A stretch of DNA of 22,366 nt, filler included, from an uncultured bacterium (GTDB lineage Bacteria > JAGOEH01), in the NCBI GenBank assembly GCA_964632485.1. It is 10 parts of 10 records of this genome, joined end to end, with 100 filler letters (N's around TTAATTAATTAA, not from the genome) between each part and the next. Parts side by side here need not be neighbours in the genome. Positions count along the whole stretch, not along the records: positions 17,495 to 19,099 come from CAZWDO010000064.1; positions 19,200 to 20,752 come from CAZWDO010000065.1; positions 20,853 to 22,366 come from CAZWDO010000066.1; 7 more parts are not named here. One strand, written 5' to 3'. A program made the translations under genes and the position numbers. Below, piece after piece: positions 19,039-22,366 of this stretch (position 1 is its first letter; the number at the start of each line of letters is the position of its first letter). The notes below the pieces were generated by a model. The model was not told the origin of the DNA. It searched no databases and saw nothing but the letters and a program-made list of their open reading frames with translations.

Positions 19039-19067
19039 AATATAACAATTAATCAATTGTTTGTCAA
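19039..19067 (-). promoter_or_regulatory. Leaderless-type promoter of IS1634 transposase
   Basis: TTGACA-17-TATATT (with TGn)-6-ATG. Confidence 0.75.
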
Positions 19068-19099
19068 GTGTTTATTTATATATAAAAATACCCTCACAG

Positions 19100-19199
19100 N
19101 NNNNNNNNNNNNNNNNNNNNNNNNNNNNNNNNNNNNNNNNNNNTTAATTAATTAANNNNNNNNNNNNNNNNNNNNNNNNNNNNNNNNNNNNNNNNNNNN
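19100..19199. other. Artificial contig linker
   Basis: N44-TTAATTAATTAA-N44. Confidence 0.98.
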
Positions 19200-19484
19200 A
19201 ACAAATGAAAATTGTTCAGTTGATGGAGCATAAGCAGCACCACTATAAGCAGCAAGATCAGCAAGGCTAAGTCTTACTTGTTGAAGTGGAAGATTAGCTC
19301 CTCTATCTTTAATAATTTTGATAGTTTGATTTGCAGCAGAAAGTGCAGTAAGAACAGTATTGTCCAAATCACATATTGCAACTGCACCTGGATCAGCACC
19401 AGGAAGCATTTTTGTAACAGTAGTAGTGATACGTTGAGGAACGATAAATACACTCTTAATGTTATTTTTTGAATCTAAAGCCAT
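19200..19484 (-). CDS. Phage structural protein, N-terminal part (possibly crAss-like auxiliary capsid protein)
   Basis: Ala/Thr/Val-rich ORF MALDSKNNIKSVFIV... after an AT-rich leader. Product inferred mainly from its position after ring-like genes. Confidence 0.5.
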
Positions 19485-19536
19485 TTTTTTAAAATGTTAA
19501 TTTGTTGTTGTTTTGTTTTACAAATATATGAAATAT

Positions 19537-19716
19537 TTATTCTAAATTCTCTGCACTTAATTGGTTAGCAGGTATCTGTTCTCTCACTGCTGCAGAGAGT
19601 AATTTTACAGCGATGTCACAGATACTTTGATGTGATATAGGATCTAATTTACAATTTACTTGTAATAAAGGATTAGATAAATTGATTATTAGCGCAAAAA
19701 CAGAAAGAATTGATGA
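19537..19716 (-). CDS. C-terminus of a second ring-like protein (rest lost in the 10-N gap)
   Basis: NCKLDPISHQSICDIAVKLLSAAVREQIPANQL repeats the C-terminus of the upstream gene, with many substitutions. Confidence 0.5.
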   Translation of the reverse strand, partial: SSILSVFALIINLSNPLLQVNCKLDPISHQSICDIAVKLLSAAVREQIPANQLSAENLE

Positions 19717-19726
19717 NNNNNNNNNN

Positions 19727-20472
19727 AAAACATCTGCTGTGAGTTGGTTAATTGGTATTTGTTCTCTTACTGCAGCAGACAGTAATTTTACAGCAATATC
19801 ACAAATTCCTTGATGAGTTAGAGGATCTAATTCACAATTAGTTTGTAATGTTGAATTATTAAGATTTACAACTATATCATTAGGGTATCTTAAATACCTT
19901 AAATAATATTCAGTTACTCTAAATGTTCCATCATCAATAATACCATGGATTTTTCTTTCAACACCATTAACAGTTTTTTTACCATGTTCTATTCTCCACA
20001 CAAGACCTTCACTACCATTACAGTATGGCCTTTTATAAGGATTAGCATAACTTAAGTTATAATCATCATGTGAGATAGGAATAGTCATCATTCTGTTATA
20101 TGTAGAAGTAGTTCCACATTGAGGAATATTTGTAACAGTAGATTCATATATAGGTATCATAAAATCAACTGGCAATGCCCAGAGTTTTTCTCCAGGCAAA
20201 GTACCAGTTTGATCTATAGGTTGTAACTCAAATACAGGTGGAACAGCGTCTTGTGAATCTTTAACTAAAGCTGATAAACCTTGGATTCTTATTTCAGTTT
20301 CTTCAAACCCTTCCATGTTTCTGTTACTCTTAGGGTTTAACCTTTGAAGAATATAGTACCATTGTGCTTTAGTTAATAGAATAGTTGCCTCAGCATCTTC
20401 AAACCCAGGTGCACTTTGTGAATATAGTGCATCATAGGTTACAAGAACATCCCACATCTGATTAGCTGTCAT
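19727..20472 (-). CDS. crAss-like phage tail ring / head-tail connector-like protein
   Basis: SQSAPGFEDAEATILLTKAQ...NPKSNRNMEGFEETE.R...LSALV, NPYKRP, YYLRYLRYP, CELDP..H..I.D.AV match my recollection of Crassvirales ring proteins. AAGGAG RBS. Confidence 0.65.
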
Positions 20473-20752
20473 AACCTGATTGCTCCTTTAGTCTTTCTAC
20501 AATAGCAAAGTTTTCTGGATCTTCAGTCCACTTAATAGCTTGAACTTGAGAACCAATATCTTTACCATCTAAGAATTGATATGTTTTTTCTTTACTAATA
20601 ACTAGTGATCCTGACTTAACTGCTCTCATTAAAAGTAATTTAGAATCTTTGTGAATGTCTTGAACTATCTTAAGGAAGTTTGTAGGTGAATCATTAACAA
20701 TCTTACCCACATAGGCAAAAACATAATCATAGTTTGTAGTGTTAGTAATTCT
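20462..20752 (-). CDS. C-terminal part of a conserved phage protein (similar to the gene following the major capsid gene in crAss-like phages)
   Basis: Frame is open to the contig edge (RITNTTNYDYVFAYVGKIVNDSPTNFLKIVQD...KLLLMRAVKSG...DPEN). Overlaps the next start. Confidence 0.55.
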   Translation of the reverse strand, partial: RITNTTNYDYVFAYVGKIVNDSPTNFLKIVQDIHKDSKLLLMRAVKSGSLVISKEKTYQFLDGKDIGSQVQAIKWTEDPENFAIVERLKEQSGYDS

Positions 20753-20852
20753 NNNNNNNNNNNNNNNNNNNNNNNNNNNNNNNNNNNNNNNNNNNNTTAA
20801 TTAATTAANNNNNNNNNNNNNNNNNNNNNNNNNNNNNNNNNNNNNNNNNNNN
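20753..20852. other. Artificial contig linker
   Basis: N44-TTAATTAATTAA-N44. Confidence 0.98.
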
Positions 20853-20956
20853 GCAGCCGTAACGATCGCTACAATCGGCTCGAAGTTCCCGTGAAAGATA
20901 TTTATCTGTTGCCCCTGATCGATGAAGCCCGGGAGAAGCTTATCCATGGGATTTAA
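20853..20956 (+). CDS. 3' end of DUF4338 gene, variant B
   Basis: ...[23 protein letters not shown]. Overlaps the transposase ATG at 20946. Confidence 0.85.
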
Positions 20957-22017
20957 GCGGATCATATCACGCTTGACGCCGAAATTCGCGGGAGATAGCG
21001 ACCGGCGATTCGATGCGCTCCATCAGGACTGGATGGCGATGAGCGAGAAGCTCGGCGCCTTGAGCGACGAGCTTGCCTCGGCGCTGAAGGAGATAGAAGA
21101 GCTCAAGGCGGAACGGAATCGGTTGCTGGAGGAGAATGAACGGCTCAAGTCGGCGTTTAAATATGCGGGCGATCAATTGGCGAAAGACAGCCACAATAGC
21201 GGCAAGCCGCCGGCATCGGACGGTTTGAAGCGGAAGACGCGCAGTTTGCGAACCTCTTCGGGTAAGTCTTCGGGCGGGCAGCCGGGCCATGCCGGTCATA
21301 CGCTCGATCTGGTGGAGCAACCGGACGAGATCATCCCGCATACATTGTCTGTGTGCGTCCATTGCGGCGCGTCGCTGGCCGAAGTCCCGGTAGAGAGTGT
21401 CGAACGCCATCAAATTTTTGACTTGCCGGTTTTGAAGATAAAGGTGACCGAACACCAGTCGGAAGTCAAGGTATGCCCCCATTGCCAAAAAAGGAACCGG
21501 GCCGCTTTTCCCGAAGAGGCCACCCATCGGGTTCAATATGGCGCCTCTATCAAAACGATGGCCACTTACCTGTCCAATATGCAGTTGATTCCCCTGAACC
21601 GCATCGTCCACTTTTTTCTGGATTTGTTCGCTATGCCGATCAGCAAGGCCTCGATTATCCAATTCAATCGAACCTGCCACCAAAAATTGGCCGACGCCTG
21701 CGGTGAAATCCCCAAAACGGGGTCGAACCAAACAATCCAAATCCAAAAACCTGCTTGACCGGTTCTGTAACTACCGAACGGAAATACTGCGCTTCATGGA
21801 TGATTGGCGCGTTCCCTTCGACAATAATCTGGCGGAACGGGATATTCGCATGGCCAAAGTTAAACAGAAAATTTCCGGATGCTTTCGAACCGAGGCTGGA
21901 GCCGATCACTTCTGCCGAATTCGCGGCTATATCTCAACGGCTATGAAAAATAATGTCAGCGCTTATCAAGCTCTACACGACCTATTCTCTAATAACCCCT
22001 TTATCCCCTCATTTTAA
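20946..22017 (+). pseudogene. IS66-family transposase, copy B, with internal deletion
   Basis: Colinear with copy A but lacks the equivalent of 16539-17002 (464 bp, including the DETG and HD motifs), causing a frameshift at about 21696. Right IR at 22020-22033. Confidence 0.9.
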
Positions 22018-22236
22018 TCACCTGACCTGTTACAATTTTATTATATAAGATGACACTATACCAGAGACATAACAAACCGGAAACCAATCCGAATATTAAA
22101 AAGATGGTTGCCGGGTAGTCGCTAAAACACTTCATCCCCAACCCAAGCAGGAATATATGTGGCTGAAAATAAATGCTTGGTGATTCAGGAGTATAAGAGA
22201 AGGGCAAAGAATAAAAAATATCCAACTGTTCTGAAT

Positions 22237-22350
22237 TGTCAGGGGCCACATGAATTCCCCACTTTTTAGCCCGTTAGGGTCAGCAGTATTCCCCACCCGT
22301 AGGGTCAAAGGAATTCCCCAGTCTCAGGGTCAAAGCAATTCCCCACTTTT
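22237..22350. mobile_element. IS21-family terminal repeats (probably two abutting ends)
   Basis: TGTCAGGGGCCACATGAATTCCCCAC begins with TG. AGGGTCA-N5-ATTCCCCA recurs at 22276, 22301 and 22326 (25-bp period). Reiterated ATTCCCCA boxes are typical of IS21 ends. Confidence 0.65.
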
Positions 22351-22366
22351 TCACATCGTTTGTTAA

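Noticed and set aside
3661-20852. Recurring TTAATTAATTAA flanked by Ns as a biological repeat, and ORFs extending into it
   Set aside because: Identical 100-nt artificial linkers. Gene neighbourhoods across them, such as a single defence island, cannot be inferred.
22001-22249. Minus-strand hydrophobic ORF as a real membrane protein gene
   Set aside because: Its start lies in the IS21-like end and its stop inside the IS66 end. At most it is an unidentifiable fragment between two insertions.
22276-22350. CRISPR array
   Set aside because: The 25-bp period leaves no room for spacers, and the pattern fits IS21-type ends.

Overview
This window is not one locus. It is ten short contigs of decreasing length (the tail of a draft genome or MAG) joined by artificial 100-nt linkers (N44-TTAATTAATTAA-N44), so adjacency across linkers means nothing. 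Contents: (1) REP-like palindromic repeats, a frameshifted cysD, cysN with a degenerate APS-kinase-like tail, and a decayed hicAB pair. (2) Five pieces of an expanded AAA-ATPase-like + PD-(D/E)xK nuclease family in two subfamilies. These show mosaic sequence, a 798-bp identical tract, one copy with two catalytic residues substituted, nearby REP-like hairpins, and leaderless-type promoters on two copies. (3) Many IS elements, mostly damaged (ISNCY/IS5-like, IS630, ISL3, IS1634, IS21 ends, an IS91 fragment). (4) An IS66-family element that can be rebuilt across three contigs through an exact 55-nt overlap; it carries a DUF4338 (DruA-like) gene inside its inverted repeats in place of tnpA/tnpB. 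(5) An AT-rich, CpG-depleted contig that looks like the structural module of a crAss-like phage. Family assignments come from motif recognition by eye, not database searches.
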